The position numbers and the translations under genes are program-made. The notes below the pieces were generated by a model. The model worked only from the letters and a program-made list of their open reading frames with translations. It was not told the DNA's origin and made no database searches. Below, one piece after another: positions 36,324 to 45,868 of a stretch of 64,000 bases of DNA (position 1 is its first letter; each line of letters opens with the position of its first letter). This stretch comes from an uncultured Pseudomonadota bacterium. GTDB lineage: Bacteria; Babelota; Babeliae; Babelales; RVW-14. The stretch is from assembly GCA_964527595.1 (NCBI GenBank), contig CAZGPI010000005.1:1116-65115 (forward strand), in the 5' to 3' direction.

Positions 36324-37587
36324 ATCCAAAGTATTGGCAGATCCCCTGAAAATAGGCTTGTGCAACCTGAACAACCCTGGCCGATACAAGCACCCCATTA
36401 AATGGAATAGTTTTCTGAGCAAGCCGCTCAGCCTCTTCAGGATTATTTTGTATCAAAGTTTCTCCATAACACAGAGGGCTGTGAACAAGGCGAGTGAGAA
36501 AAAGATTACGGCAATAGACGCCAGAACTTATCCTTCGCGATATGGCTGGTTGATATAAATCACTATTCATCAAAGGAACATCCAGCTTAGACTGCATATT
36601 ATGTGTAATATACGTAGAAAGCAGCAACGATCGCTCAAGATCTTCGTTAAGAATTAATCGCATAAATTCGTAATGCTCTCGATCTGTTTCCAGTTGCCCT
36701 TTTAAAAAATTTCCAGGAATAAACGTGAGATTGTAGTTTGAGCTTGAAGCGTCGGCAATTTCTCTTGCATTATAGTGAATAATAATCGTTGTGTGAGGAG
36801 CAAATGCATTGATTTTATCAGCGCGAGCGATTAGATCATAAAAGTTGTAGCACAGCCTAAACAGTGCTTGCTTGATAAGATGTTCTTTGTTTATTGATGC
36901 ACATTTTATACAATCAATCCGTCTCTTTAGTTCTTGTTGAGAGGAACCAGGAACCTTAGCGGATGCTAGATAATCAAGAATTCTTTGCTGGTTTTTGGGG
37001 ACAAGCCAGTCGCCGGCATCAGTAATATTAAACTCCTTATTGCACCATTCTGAGAACGATTGGTAACAAACCGGTTGCCCCGGCTCGTCTCTGGTTAACA
37101 AAACCTCAGCTCCTGCCTGAATAAGATAGCAACGTAAGATTTTTGCGGTCATTAATGCAAGCGTTCCTTCATCAAATTGGACCCGCATATTATCTTTGTG
37201 AGCAAGCTCCATATCAATAAACCGTTCTTCTGTGCGAGCCATTGGGCCACCAAGATGCCCGGGGTCAATTGCTATTCGCACTCCCTCGAGTGGTTTTGGT
37301 GATGACAAATCTGGCTTAAATATATCGGCTGTTGGTTTTGGCTTTGTTCCAAACTTTAAAACAAATTCTGGAGCAATCTTTTCGGGAGTCTGAAAAACCA
37401 CGAGTTCGATATCGGTAATCGTATAAAAATCACCAATCGCAGCATCGCGTAAAAGATAGTTACTTATTTTGGCTTCGCATTCAACACGGCTTATCGTTTC
37501 CTGATAAGGGTCAAAATCACTAAATTGCGCAGCTGCGCATTGTATGACAATAAAAGACAATAACCAAAGGCGTAAAATCTTTTTCAT
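36316..37587 (-). CDS. N-acetylmuramoyl-L-alanine amidase-like (Amidase_3) exported protein
   Basis: Signal peptide. IAIDPGHLGG...E..., AGAEVLLTRD and TTIIIHYNA fit the Amidase_3 zinc-site pattern, with insertions. Confidence 0.55.
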   Translation of the reverse strand: MKKILRLWLLSFIVIQCAAAQFSDFDPYQETISRVECEAKISNYLLRDAAIGDFYTITDIELVVFQTPEKIAPEFVLKFGTKPKPTADIFKPDLSSPKPLEGVRIAIDPGHLGGPMARTEERFIDMELAHKDNMRVQFDEGTLALMTAKILRCYLIQAGAEVLLTRDEPGQPVCYQSFSEWCNKEFNITDAGDWLVPKNQQRILDYLASAKVPGSSQQELKRRIDCIKCASINKEHLIKQALFRLCYNFYDLIARADKINAFAPHTTIIIHYNAREIADASSSNYNLTFIPGNFLKGQLETDREHYEFMRLILNEDLERSLLLSTYITHNMQSKLDVPLMNSDLYQPAISRRISSGVYCRNLFLTRLVHSPLCYGETLIQNNPEEAERLAQKTIPFNGVLVSARVVQVAQAYFQGICQYFGFN

Positions 37588-37686
37588 CTATTTCCTCTAC
37601 CGGTACTTTTTAAATAAGAAATTTTCGGCTACAATAAAATTGTATTTTATATAATATATGCTAACAAATCAAAAAAGGGCTGACTT

Positions 37687-38496
37687 ATGTTTTCTATTGG
37701 ACAGAAATATTCATCACTCTTCTTCGGTTGTTTCCTCCTTATTCAAGGCGCTTGTGCCGAAAAACAAACCGATAACAAAGCACTTGATAATAAGTTATCT
37801 GATACAAAAGTAGAACAAAAAACAATTACTCAACCAATGGGCTACCCAAAATCTATCCATAAATACGTCAACGATTTTGCAAATATTGTCGACCAAGCCG
37901 ATGCTGAAAGAATAAAAAAATCGCTTGAATCGGTTGAAGAACAAACAGGTATTGAGATTTGCGTTGTCACCATAAACTCAATTGGCGATTACCAAGGAAC
38001 CGAAAAAAATCTTGAAAAATTTGCGACCGGGCTTTTTAACACCTGGGGAATTGGAAAAAAAGATAAAAATAACGGCGTCCTTTTACTCGTGGCCGTTAAA
38101 GATCGTAAAGTCCGCATAGAACTTGGCGCAGGATATCCACAATCATATAACCAAATTGCATCTCGAATCATTAAAACCGACATTGTCCCTTATTTTAAGC
38201 AAGGACAATACAGCCGCGGCATTTACGAAGGAACGATGGCAATTATCAAAAATCTAACCAAAGAAATCTCTTGGTTTGACCGCTATAAGTGGGACCTCTT
38301 GTTATGGTTATTAATTTTTATTTGTGTTGGCATAGCAATCTCCTGTTTTAGATCAGGAAAAAAAGGTTGGGGATGGGGACTTATTGCTATGATCGGTGTT
38401 CTTTTGTTATTTCTTTGGAGCTTGAGCTCAGGCAATAAATCTGATGGTTTTGGTGGCGGCAGTTCATCTGGTGGTGGATCTAGCGGCGACTGGTAA
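37687..38496 (+). CDS. TPM-domain protein (YgcG-like)
   Basis: VNDFANIVD......I...L...E..TGIEICVVTI.S, NGVLLLVAVKDRKVRIELGAGY, then a TM segment and a Gly/Ser-rich tail. Confidence 0.8.
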   Translation: MFSIGQKYSSLFFGCFLLIQGACAEKQTDNKALDNKLSDTKVEQKTITQPMGYPKSIHKYVNDFANIVDQADAERIKKSLESVEEQTGIEICVVTINSIGDYQGTEKNLEKFATGLFNTWGIGKKDKNNGVLLLVAVKDRKVRIELGAGYPQSYNQIASRIIKTDIVPYFKQGQYSRGIYEGTMAIIKNLTKEISWFDRYKWDLLLWLLIFICVGIAISCFRSGKKGWGWGLIAMIGVLLLFLWSLSSGNKSDGFGGGSSSGGGSSGDW

Positions 38497-38949
38497 TTAT
38501 TATCCGTCCTATTTCTTTTTCGATGAAAGCTCAATCACCTTACCAGCAAAGGTAAAAATGCCTTTGCCGCAATGGTGAATCGTTCGTTGTCTTTTTTTTG
38601 AGGTTGTAATCCATACCTTGAGAACCTCAAAAATGAAAATTTTAGAGCTTATGCACAATAATTTTGCATGCCCAAAAATCGCCCAAAGCATCCGCATTGG
38701 GCTTGAAGTTTTTCAAACAAGAAAAATATTGAAAAGTCCTGCATCACCACATTGCAAATTGTAACGCTCAGCAAGTGCCACAATTGATATTGATACACAA
38801 TGTAATTAACCATAGACGCAATGAATTAGACAGGCCATCCGCTTGCGGATCCATCGGCGCCCTGATAAACTCATTACGTACATTATCAAAGGACAAACTG
38901 ATACATATTAGTTTGCTAAATTACATAACCTCTTTTAAGGAAAATTAAT

Positions 38950-39654
38950 ATGACAATCAAACGTCACTCACTATTTTTCGCTGTTGCCCTTTTTTCTTTG
39001 CCGCTATCATTTTTTTGTAGCGCTCAAGAATCAGCGCCAGCGCAAGCCCTTGTAAAATCAGATACAATCGAACAGCAAATCCAAGAAATGAAGAACCCAG
39101 AAACCCCGTTTACCATTACCATTAAGCAAACGGATATACCATTGTTAAAAATTATTGATAAGGTTCCCGTTGAAGTAACGATTACCAATAACCTGGGTAG
39201 TAATTTTACCTTAAGCAAACCATATTTCGCTAACGTAACGTTTTGGAATGAAGATCTCAAAAAACAAAAACTGAATGCAATCATAGCTTCTGAAGTGCGT
39301 CTAATTGTTGGCATAGGCATTTTAATTGGCGGGGCCGCGCTTTTCCTTCCGAATGGTCCTTTCGAATCGCTTGTTAAGAGCGTATCTGAAAAATATCACC
39401 CAGGTTTAACCGTCACTTTTGATGATGATGACACGGGCAAAAAAGTATTCGCGTTCGTTCTCAAGCTCGGCGCGATCATTGGCCTCGTTGCCCAACCTGG
39501 TATATTCATTGACGTAAAATATGCATACTTACTACAACCACACGAAACTATAACGATTAAAGGCTGCATCAGCAGCGCTGATATGAAAAAAATCCAAGAT
39601 GGCCAACTAACACCAAGCATTGTCATGAACACCACCGCACTTGAAGTCTGCTAA
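38950..39654 (+). CDS. hypothetical exported protein
   Basis: Signal peptide (LFFAVALFSLPLSFFCSAQE) and two internal hydrophobic segments. No recognisable domain. Confidence 0.45.
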   Translation: MTIKRHSLFFAVALFSLPLSFFCSAQESAPAQALVKSDTIEQQIQEMKNPETPFTITIKQTDIPLLKIIDKVPVEVTITNNLGSNFTLSKPYFANVTFWNEDLKKQKLNAIIASEVRLIVGIGILIGGAALFLPNGPFESLVKSVSEKYHPGLTVTFDDDDTGKKVFAFVLKLGAIIGLVAQPGIFIDVKYAYLLQPHETITIKGCISSADMKKIQDGQLTPSIVMNTTALEVC

Positions 39655-39694
39655 CCCAACCTTGCTAGATTAACCAGTGCAAACTGGATATTAG

Positions 39695-39736
39695 ATATAA
39701 GAAATGGCATCGAAAATTCGATGCCATTTCTTATAT
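39695..39736. terminator. very strong bidirectional hairpin
   Basis: ATATAAGAAATGGCATCGAA / TTCGATGCCATTTCTTATAT is a near-perfect ~19-20 bp palindrome between convergent genes. Confidence 0.7.
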
Positions 39737-39915
39737 CGACAACCTTACATTTTAGATTTGCATAACGCTTGGCAATCTCTGACGCTTTAACTATATAGAG
39801 ACTGGCTCTCGTGAAGGATAATTTTTTTTGCCATCGCCAATACCCTCTCTTGTAACATTGGTTGTTTTTTGCACCAGCAACCCAATTTGATTAACTCTAA
39901 TAAAAAATGAGGGTT

Positions 39916-40728
39916 TTACACCTTTTTACTATTTTTAATATCTGCGATACGCTTACTCATACGAGGATGATCGCGAAGAAGCTCAATGAACGGAGCGATA
40001 AAACTCGCACCATCCTTAATTAATTTTTCCTCGGTAGCCTTGCAATTAGCATCAAAGTGCACTTTGTCTTGATCGTTTTTTTCAAGAATTACAAAACTCG
40101 GATATTCAGACAAACAGTGTAACTTAACAAGAAAATGAACTAAATTTAACGGATCATCAATAATCTCAATAGCCTTCAAATCTGCTTCCTTTTCAAATTT
40201 ACGAGAAAAAATATTTTTCATTAAATCTTTTGGATTAGGCCCCAAAAAAGCACCAATATTCAAACATGTTGGACCATCTATTACCAAATTCACCAAGGAA
40301 GCTTTAATTAAATGCTTATATTTTAAATGACATAATTCGTGCGCGATTCCTGCCTCAATCTCTTGATCGCTCAACCAACCATCAGTCCATAATTTCATCA
40401 AGCTGTCGCCTAATGCTATGATTGGTCCTTTTTTAGCAAAAAAAGCGACCGCATTATACTCAGCCTTCTTGCTTGCACAAGAATAAACAGCAAGCGTTGG
40501 CTTGTTCATATATAGTTTTTTACATAATCCATCGACAATAGCATGATATTTTTGATTTATTTTATCCTGATCGGAAGAAGAAATAATGTTATAGGTCGTT
40601 AACCATGTATTTTGTTTTTTGAAGACCAGAGGATTTTTAAGTAACGTAAAAATCCCTGCGAACATCGTTGAATAAACTATAAAAATCCCACCTATAAAAA
40701 CAAGTTTTCTTTTCGAAAAAAAATTCAT
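39916..40728 (-). CDS. membrane-anchored HExxH metallopeptidase (M48-like)
   Basis: N-terminal TM helix (LVFIGGIFIVYSTMFAGIFTLL) and the motif IAHELCHLKYKH. Confidence 0.45.
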   Translation of the reverse strand: MNFFSKRKLVFIGGIFIVYSTMFAGIFTLLKNPLVFKKQNTWLTTYNIISSSDQDKINQKYHAIVDGLCKKLYMNKPTLAVYSCASKKAEYNAVAFFAKKGPIIALGDSLMKLWTDGWLSDQEIEAGIAHELCHLKYKHLIKASLVNLVIDGPTCLNIGAFLGPNPKDLMKNIFSRKFEKEADLKAIEIIDDPLNLVHFLVKLHCLSEYPSFVILEKNDQDKVHFDANCKATEEKLIKDGASFIAPFIELLRDHPRMSKRIADIKNSKKV

Positions 40729-41002
40729 AAAAATCCCCTAATTAATCCCTAAAAAACCCACATTCTCTTCAACGCAAGTATCGCACCTTTTACTAACAAC
40801 TTCAAACGCATACCATGTCTCAAAAACGCTTATCGCCAAACATCTAACTGAAATAAATACTCACAACACGCATCAACACCATTACACGCTGAAATCAATC
40901 TTTGGTTTGACCTATCGAATAAGCAGCCATTTGATTAGCACTCATAAACGAGGTATCATGATCATCGGTAGAGATAATAAAAAAATTACTATGGAGGTTT
41001 TT

Positions 41003-41620
41003 ATGAAACTAAAGAATTTGGCCTTTTATTCAATAAGCATGGTTGTACTTCTTGGCACTTCTGGCTGCGCCCATTATAGAACACAACCACTCAAGCGCCT
41101 GGTAACACATACGACAGACAAAAACGTTAAATCTGTTTCGTTTGCATATCACGAATTTAACACAAATGATTGTAAACGATTCTTTGATCGTAACGTTCTT
41201 GCAAAGGGGTACCAACCTATTCACATAGCAATAAACAACAACTCAAGTCGTTGTCTTAATCTTTTCAAAGAAAATTTTAGCCTTCAATGTATTTCTGCTG
41301 ACGAAATTGCCCATAAAGTCCATACAAACACAACGGCTCGGGTACTTGCATATGGTATTCCAGGATTATTTATATGGCCATTACTAATCCCAGCAGTAGT
41401 TGATGGAATGGGGTCATCTGAATCGAATAAGAAATTAGATGAAGATTTTTCAAGAAAAGAACTAAGCGATCAAGTAATTGCACCTTGCAGCAAGGTTAAT
41501 GGTATCGTTTTCGTGCCAACAGAGAAATTTGAGCATGATTTTACCATCACACTTGTTGATGCAAATACTCAAGAAAAGTTTACGCTTTCACCAAGCAAGC
41601 CTTCGGTGAAAATTCAATAA
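41003..41620 (+). CDS. putative lipoprotein
   Basis: GGAGG Shine-Dalgarno before ATG 41003. The N-terminus is MKLKNLAFYSISMVVLLGTSGC. Confidence 0.45.
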   Translation: MKLKNLAFYSISMVVLLGTSGCAHYRTQPLKRLVTHTTDKNVKSVSFAYHEFNTNDCKRFFDRNVLAKGYQPIHIAINNNSSRCLNLFKENFSLQCISADEIAHKVHTNTTARVLAYGIPGLFIWPLLIPAVVDGMGSSESNKKLDEDFSRKELSDQVIAPCSKVNGIVFVPTEKFEHDFTITLVDANTQEKFTLSPSKPSVKIQ

Positions 41621-41766
41621 TTATCGATTACGTTTTTAGAAACGAAAAAAGCCATCCAATATTAACGATTGGGTGGCTTTTTTCATAAGCATTGATATTA
41701 CCCAACAGTTTGCTAAAATTGGGCTGTATTTTGAAGCAATTACCAAAACGCTGGCCCAAGGAATAT

Positions 41767-42675
41767 ATGTTCATATCAAGCTTACTGACCATCATAATAC
41801 TAATCGTGACAATACCTGCCGTAAGATATGGCCTCAAGATATTTAAGCACAATCGCAATAAAACCATGCCATTTCCCGCTTCATTTTACAAAGAGCTTGA
41901 GAGTTTTAATCCGCCAACTGAAAAATCGATCGTTATTGTTGTAACCTCGTTTAATAACAAAGATTGGTACAAAAAAAACCTTGATTCCATTTGTAACCAA
42001 GATTACTCAAACTATCGTATCATTTATATCGACGATGCCTCACCCGATGGAACAGCATCATTAGTTGAAGAATATATTGCAGAACATAATCATAAACATG
42101 TAACACTTATTAAAAATCAAACGAATAAGGGCATGCTTGCCAATATCTATCATGGCGTTAGTTTATGCAGCGATAATGATATCGTTATTACCGTTGATGG
42201 TGACGATTGGCTTACAAGCAATAATGTACTAACGCTCATTAATAAGGTTTATTCACACAATTCTGATATTTGGCTCACTTATGGGCAAATTCAAAATTAT
42301 CCTGAAACCATGACCTTTAATTGTCAGCCATTACCAACACGTATTATTAAAAATAATGCATATCGTTCATACCGTTATCGGACAACCCATCTTAGAACTT
42401 TTTATGCTTGGCTATTTAAAAGAATAAAGTATGAAGACCTGCTTATTGATGGAGATTTTTTTAAAGTTACCGGTGATCTAGCCTTTATGTTCCCAATGCT
42501 AGAAATGAGCGGGATACATTCGCAATTTATCCCCGATAAATTATACGTTTACAACGAAGCAACGCCATCTAATGATTACAAGTTAAGGAAAAAAATTCAG
42601 AAACGGTATGCAAAAATCATTCGTTCTCGCCCTCGCTATCAACCATTAACAAACCCTATTGAGGTAAGTAAATGA
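41767..42675 (+). CDS. family 2 glycosyltransferase with an N-terminal TM helix
   Basis: IVIVVTSFNNKDWYKKNLDSICNQDYSNYRIIYIDDASPDGT and VDGDDWL. The start could be as early as 41692. Confidence 0.8.
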   Translation: MFISSLLTIIILIVTIPAVRYGLKIFKHNRNKTMPFPASFYKELESFNPPTEKSIVIVVTSFNNKDWYKKNLDSICNQDYSNYRIIYIDDASPDGTASLVEEYIAEHNHKHVTLIKNQTNKGMLANIYHGVSLCSDNDIVITVDGDDWLTSNNVLTLINKVYSHNSDIWLTYGQIQNYPETMTFNCQPLPTRIIKNNAYRSYRYRTTHLRTFYAWLFKRIKYEDLLIDGDFFKVTGDLAFMFPMLEMSGIHSQFIPDKLYVYNEATPSNDYKLRKKIQKRYAKIIRSRPRYQPLTNPIEVSK

Positions 42676-43808
42676 CACAGCAAAAAAAACAACGAATCCT
42701 TTTGTTAAATATTTGTGGCGAATTTGGCGGCGGAGCGGTACACATCATCAATCAATATAAGGCTCTCTTAAAACGTAATCATGATGTGACGCTTTTGGTC
42801 GCAGAAAAAAGCAAAACTTGCCAAGCGCTTGAGAACAATAAGCTACCTTATCTTACCAGCAAAATTCTTCCCTGGTTTGCGTTAAAAATTCTTGGATCCA
42901 TCGGTTTATTTATCCGCCTTTATACATTGTGCAAAAAAGAAAAATTCAATATCATTCATTGCAATCTCACGCGAGAGCTTTGGGCTTGTAAAATGGTTGC
43001 CCGATTTTTACCCGTTAAAATTATTTTCACAAAGCACAAATCGTTGTCCGGTAAGCCATCTGGTTGTAAAGGGTTTGACGGGATTATTGGTGTTAGCCGT
43101 TCTATCACCGATTCTTTAGAAAGCTATAATAATCGCTATCATCTTGGCTTTAAAAACATTACAACCATCTTGCCCTTTTTTGATGAAACAAAATTTCAAA
43201 ACGTTACCTCAACCCAAACACGCCAAGACTTTTTTAAAAACACCTATGATATTTCCATCAAAAATGTACCCATTATTTGCACCATTGCCTGTTTTAATAC
43301 CGACAAAAATCATCGTATTCTTTTGCAAGCGCTCCATAAGTTAATTCACCTAAAACACAAATCTATCCAACTCATGCTTGTTGGCAATGGTAGAAAAAAG
43401 GATGAATTGAAAACGATGGTCGCAACGCTCAACCTCCAAGACTATGTTCATTTCTTGGGATTTACCGACCAAACTCCGGCGATTCTTTTTCATTCAGATA
43501 TACATGTTTTACCAAGCAAACGCGAAGCGCTCGGTATCGCAAATCTTGAAGCGGCGTTAATGAAAAAGCCAATATTGGGTGCAACAAAAACAGGTGCCGA
43601 ATCAATTATTATTCATGAAAATAATGGGCTGCTTTTTGAAAATGATAATGCTAACGATTTGGCGATACAAATCGAACGGTTACTCGATAAGCCGCAATGG
43701 GCAATAGAACTCGGTCTTAATGCACATCAAAACATCATATGTAATTTTTCAGAAGCGCAGAAAATAGCACAACTCGAACAATTTTATGATCGCATTATGC
43801 ATTCATAA
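42672..43808 (+). CDS. GT-B (family 4-like) glycosyltransferase
   Basis: PSKREALGIANLEAALMKKPILGATKTGAESIIIHENNGLLFE contains the E-x7-E motif. The start overlaps the upstream stop. Confidence 0.8.
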   Translation: MTQQKKQRILLLNICGEFGGGAVHIINQYKALLKRNHDVTLLVAEKSKTCQALENNKLPYLTSKILPWFALKILGSIGLFIRLYTLCKKEKFNIIHCNLTRELWACKMVARFLPVKIIFTKHKSLSGKPSGCKGFDGIIGVSRSITDSLESYNNRYHLGFKNITTILPFFDETKFQNVTSTQTRQDFFKNTYDISIKNVPIICTIACFNTDKNHRILLQALHKLIHLKHKSIQLMLVGNGRKKDELKTMVATLNLQDYVHFLGFTDQTPAILFHSDIHVLPSKREALGIANLEAALMKKPILGATKTGAESIIIHENNGLLFENDNANDLAIQIERLLDKPQWAIELGLNAHQNIICNFSEAQKIAQLEQFYDRIMHS

Positions 43809-44557
43809 ATGATAATCGGTGCGTCGACGGAAACTGCCTTAGTCTGATCATATGGTTGATATTTCTTAATATTGGCAAACCCAGCATCCATTAATAGTTG
43901 GTCTAATTCATCAATACGAAAAAGATATTGCTGAAAATTCTCTTCTTCACTTGCATCAACGACGCCATTGATAATTGATTCATAGCGAGAAAATGACGTA
44001 AACATTTGAGATTGGGGATCATATGAAGTTACAAAACTCAATGCTATTTTTGAACCATCCAACCGAGTGTTAACGCCGCGGCGCCATATGCCGCACGGTT
44101 GAGGAACCGATTCTATCGTCTCAATTTCAATGATCAATTTTCCGCCAGGCGCTACATGCCGATACAATACCGATAGGCTCTTTTTTAAATCTTCATAATT
44201 GGTAATGAGGCCCAGCGATCCATAAGGGATAAAGATCAATTGATACCGTTTATTGCTGCTCAAATCTTGTACAAATTGTTGCCAAATCGGGGCATCTTGA
44301 GAACTCATTTGCGCATATTTTTGCCTAAACGCATCGAGCATATATTCAGATGCATCAAAACCTTCGGCGTCCAACCCAGCTTGAAGCATGGGAATAAGAA
44401 ATCGCCCGGTTCCGCACATTGGTTCTAATATCGGCCCATTAGCTTGCTTGGCCTGCTGCATATAAAAAGCCAATGCTTGGTCATGATGAGGATGTTGTTC
44501 AAGATCATAAAACTCGGTACAAAGCTTTAAATATGTTTTTAGTTGGGGCCGTTCCAT
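43784..44557 (-). CDS. class I SAM-dependent methyltransferase
   Basis: Motif I is ILEPMCGTGRFLIPM, followed by the acidic residue in EGFDAS. Confidence 0.7.
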   Translation of the reverse strand: MERPQLKTYLKLCTEFYDLEQHPHHDQALAFYMQQAKQANGPILEPMCGTGRFLIPMLQAGLDAEGFDASEYMLDAFRQKYAQMSSQDAPIWQQFVQDLSSNKRYQLIFIPYGSLGLITNYEDLKKSLSVLYRHVAPGGKLIIEIETIESVPQPCGIWRRGVNTRLDGSKIALSFVTSYDPQSQMFTSFSRYESIINGVVDASEEENFQQYLFRIDELDQLLMDAGFANIKKYQPYDQTKAVSVDAPIIIYECIMRS

Positions 44558-44566
44558 CGATTTTCC

Positions 44567-44998
44567 TTATTCTTCGAATTTTCTATTGCTACGCATCTTC
44601 TTAGTCTCACTTCGCATGCCTTTTGACCGTAAGCGCGCTTCTTTTACGCTTCTTGATATTTTGGTCGCCATCCGTTTTTTGGGTACATAAAGAGCTTTGC
44701 GGACAATATGAGCAACTTGCATTAAAGCATCGTCCTTGTTTTGTTGCTGGCTCCGCGAGGCGCTATTATGCACAATCAAATCGCCTTCGGTGGTTAACCG
44801 CGACTGTAAGTTTTGTAAAACACGCGCTTTTAGTGCTTCATCCAAAGCACTGGTATTTTTCACATTCCAACGGACCGTAACCCGCGTATCGGTCTTATTA
44901 ACATGTTGGCCACCTGCCCCACCCGACCTACTGGTGGTAATCTCAAGTTCATTCCCGGGGATAACCGTGCCATTTTTGATAGGTAAATCATTCTTCAT
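44567..44998 (-). CDS. arfB: alternative ribosome-rescue factor ArfB (peptidyl-tRNA hydrolase)
   Basis: SGGAGGQHVNKTDTRV (GGQ motif), ~140 aa length, and a basic C-terminal tail. Confidence 0.85.
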   Translation of the reverse strand: MKNDLPIKNGTVIPGNELEITTSRSGGAGGQHVNKTDTRVTVRWNVKNTSALDEALKARVLQNLQSRLTTEGDLIVHNSASRSQQQNKDDALMQVAHIVRKALYVPKKRMATKISRSVKEARLRSKGMRSETKKMRSNRKFEE

Positions 44999-45130
44999 TA
45001 TGACCTTTCCACCCTCTAAACCCTACTTCACCCTATTTTTATCCACAAAATCGTGCTATGTTTTTTAACCATAAGGCTCACCTATACTAAAACCAACGCT
45101 ACTAAAGTTATGCTGAGAAGGCAATAAATC

Positions 45131-45868
45131 ATGCTTGCAATTGGCAACGTCATAAGCGATTTACAAGAACTCCGTAATCCGGCAAAGGCAGAATCCCTGC
45201 AACGGTTCTTCAAAACCGGTAAGGGACAATATGGTTATGGGGATATTTTTTGGGGGATTACCGTTCCCTTGAACCGAAAGGTTGCCCTCAAATACAAACA
45301 TATGGCGATTTCTGATGAATTTGAAGAACTATTAACACATGAAGTTCACGAAGTTCGTCTTTGCGCCCTCCTAATAATGGTCGCTAAGTCAAAGATTGCC
45401 GGACAACAAATGTATGATTTATACCTTAATAATACCCATTTTATTAATAATTGGGATTTGGTTGACCTTTCAGCGCCAACCATCGTTGGCGATTTTTTAC
45501 TCAATAAAGACGTTTCGATTTTACATAAACTCGCGCAATCATCGCTATTATGGGAAAAAAGAATTGCCATTGTAGCTACGTATGCCTTTATTAAACGAGG
45601 CAACCACGAACACACAATACAAATTGCTCAAATACTTATGGACGATAAACACGACTTAATACATAAAGCAGTTGGCTGGATGTTACGAGAAGTTGGTAAA
45701 CGATGCTCCGTTGAAATTTTGGAAAAATTTCTTGAACAATATGCAGCCACTATGCCACGAACCATGCTAAGATATTCAATTGAACACTTGCCCCCTGAAA
45801 AGAAAACATATTTCATGCAAGCAAAAGATAAACAAAGCAAAAAAACCGCAATGAAGGATTTATTATGA
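45131..45868 (+). CDS. DNA alkylation repair (AlkD-like HEAT-repeat) protein
   Basis: L..L.NP.KA...QRFFKTGKGQYGYGD.FWGI.VP..R and WE.RIAIV.T fit the DNA_alkylation family pattern. Confidence 0.7.
   Translation: MLAIGNVISDLQELRNPAKAESLQRFFKTGKGQYGYGDIFWGITVPLNRKVALKYKHMAISDEFEELLTHEVHEVRLCALLIMVAKSKIAGQQMYDLYLNNTHFINNWDLVDLSAPTIVGDFLLNKDVSILHKLAQSSLLWEKRIAIVATYAFIKRGNHEHTIQIAQILMDDKHDLIHKAVGWMLREVGKRCSVEILEKFLEQYAATMPRTMLRYSIEHLPPEKKTYFMQAKDKQSKKTAMKDLL

Noticed and set aside
38780-38870. 28-aa minus-strand peptide MDPQADGLSNSLRLWLITLCININCGTC, which looks like a Cys-rich RiPP precursor.
   Set aside because: There is no Shine-Dalgarno and no adjacent modification enzyme. The SagB-like gene is 10 kb away. 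It lies in a spacer that looks like decayed sequence.
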